This document shows, piece after piece, positions 63,658 through 64,000 of a DNA stretch of 64,000 nucleotides. The translations under genes and the position numbers were made by a program. A model generated the notes under the pieces. The model ran no database searches and was not told where the DNA came from. It worked only from the letters and a program-made list of their open reading frames with translations. This DNA is from Alphaproteobacteria bacterium (GTDB lineage Bacteria > Pseudomonadota > Alphaproteobacteria > UBA828). Every line of letters starts with the position of its first letter. Position 1 is the stretch's first letter. Where the stretch lies: positions 384,001 to 448,000 of the forward strand of contig CBDEFM010000002.1 of assembly GCA_965237415.1 (NCBI GenBank). The letters run 5' to 3'.

Positions 63658-64000
63658 CTAAAAGTAGGCGACGCCGGTGTTTATGTCGAAGACGTGCAAC
63701 TTGTCCACATCGAAGCCGATGCGGCAGGGATCGCCGGGCCCGCCCATGGGCCCGATCTTGGTTTTGACCATGACCCGGTCGCCGCCGATAGTGACTTCGA
63801 CGATCATGTCGCCGCCGAGCGGCTCGGTCACGAAGATCTCCCCCGGCACGTCCAGCGTGCCGTCGGCGCCCGCTTCGATCGCCAGATTGTCGGGGCGGAT
63901 GCCGATGCGCACATCCGCCTCCGCTCCGCCTGCCGCAAGCAGGCTGGCCTGGTGGTCGGAGAGCGCCAGCCGAAAGCCCGAGTGCACGACGGTGAGCCCG
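63658..64000 (-). CDS. Sugar-type ABC ATP-binding protein, C-terminal TOBE part (gene starts beyond window)
   Basis: GIRP, EPLG, LHVFD..TG motifs. Confidence 0.8.
   Translation of the reverse strand, partial: GLTVVHSGFRLALSDHQASLLAAGGAEADVRIGIRPDNLAIEAGADGTLDVPGEIFVTEPLGGDMIVEVTIGGDRVMVKTKIGPMGGPGDPCRIGFDVDKLHVFDINTGVAYF

Overview
GC-rich window that looks alphaproteobacterial (bamD-recN-ligA, DUF1285-Nudix-CCA and serC-serA gene orders; taxonomy is inferred). It is dense in transport and catabolic genes: four ABC importers (one cut by the window edge), three separate hydantoinase/oxoprolinase-family ATP-dependent systems, an amidase, an omega-transaminase, a frameshifted PuuE-type allantoinase, an SDR/BtpA/FGGY sugar locus and acetoin dehydrogenase acoABC. 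Housekeeping genes occupy about 38-61 kb. Main points of interest: (1) a PEP mutase-nucleotidyltransferase fusion (phosphonate biosynthesis marker) with no recognisable phosphonopyruvate decarboxylase in the window, directly upstream of a hydantoinase B/A pair and divergent from sugar-modifying genes; (2) a modular MITE-like repeat family whose ends coincide with host stop codons; (3) a possible lactam/amide catabolic island; (4) an IS5-family element in the serC stop codon and a decayed IS3 fused to a RecQ-like fragment. No rRNA, tRNA or CRISPR array was recognised. All calls are by eye from motifs; no database search was run.
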